Shown here in pieces: positions 63,221-64,000 of a stretch of DNA of 64,000 nt (position 1 is the stretch's first letter; each line of letters begins with the position of its first letter). The notes under the pieces were generated by a model that did not search any database, was not told the origin of the DNA, and saw only the letters and a program-made list of their open reading frames with translations. The position numbers were made by a program, and so were the translations under genes. Source of the stretch: Octopus vulgaris (taxonomy: Eukaryota). The stretch covers positions 81,220,001 through 81,284,000 of the forward strand of contig OX597817.1 of the NCBI GenBank assembly GCA_951406725.2. Reading direction: 5' to 3'.

Positions 63221-63541
63221 CTACCCCATCAAAAAGCCATCTCTACTCATTTTTTCAAACATATATATATATTTATTTACACACATATTTATATGGATAT
63301 ACATACATACATGCATATATATACATGTGTGCATATATATATATACTAAACATATAAACACATAAGCATATGGATCTAGTTTTTTTCATTCACAAAATAT
63401 GCATTTTTTAAAAGGAAGTAAAAAATCTGAAAATCAGCTATAATAATGTAGTCTTGCAATCTTATTGCTATGAAGGTATGATGTTGTGGAGAAAAAAATT
63501 GAAAGAAAAAGTTACAGAGGTTTAAAGATTGGAAAAGGGAA

Positions 63542-64000
63542 CTACTTAAGAAATTAGACGAGGCTTTGGAATCTGGCTCTGCAGACAGAGTGCTGGCAGC
63601 GAGAATGGTCTTGTACCGTCACCTCAAAGCCAAGCATGAAGGCTGCAGAGTTAGAGCTAAGCTACGTGCAGTGAACCGAGAAGGTATTAACATTGCCGGA
63701 TGGGCTCGTCATGTGGAGTGTCAGAGGAGCAAAAAAGCCTCTATGAAGTCTTTAACTGATGAACAAGGGTATAAGATCTATGAACAGGAAAAGATGCAAA
63801 AGGCCTTTCACCAGCATTTCGCCGGCTTGTTTGGGCAGGGCGACTCACTTGAGTGTGGGGAGCCCTTAAAGAACTTCCTCACCGGTGGGCTGCGGTTCTT
63901 GGCACGTGAGGTGGAATGCTGTGAAGGACCGATTACACTTGTGGAGGTCAAAGAGGTGTTGGCCGATTACGTCAGGGATAAGTCGCTGGGACTAAATGGT
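63542..64000 (+). mobile_element. L1/Tx1-clade LINE ORF2 fragment, running off the window
   Basis: Open frame ...EGCRVRAK...AFHQHFAGLF...CEGPITLVEVKEVL....KSLGLNG (cf. PIT..E......KSPG.DG just before the RT domain). Confidence 0.7.

Overview
AT-rich eukaryotic (animal) genomic DNA, about two-thirds repeats and microsatellites. The repeat families resemble those I recall from coleoid cephalopods, probably Octopus (inference, no search run). Two convergent intron-rich genes span the window. (1) On + strand, the last six coding exons (1558-22279) of an SLC22/organic-cation-transporter-like MFS gene. Its TM6-TM7 cytoplasmic loop carries a ~410-aa low-complexity insert encoded in one 1458-nt exon. 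(2) On - strand, the last 15 coding exons (59161 down to 25165; ~1398 aa, 20 C2H2 fingers) of a ZNF236 orthologue with polyQ/polyP and polyT tracts. Both 5' ends lie outside the window. All exons were assembled by hand with GT-AG boundaries and consistent phases. The introns contain tRNA-derived SINEs (including Nin-domain SINEs); RTE, CR1, R4-like and L1/Tx1 LINE pieces; two clades of Penelope-like elements; decayed hammerhead-ribozyme motifs; Tc1/mariner copies (one with its own intron); hAT, piggyBac and foldback MITEs; a Helitron; and an LTR with a PBS. Top leads are the giant-loop SLC22, inverted SINEs hugging a frame-symmetric exon, a head-to-head RTE pair with a hairpin-array 3'UTR, hammerhead relics, and a minisatellite that creates an in-frame alternative acceptor in ZNF236.
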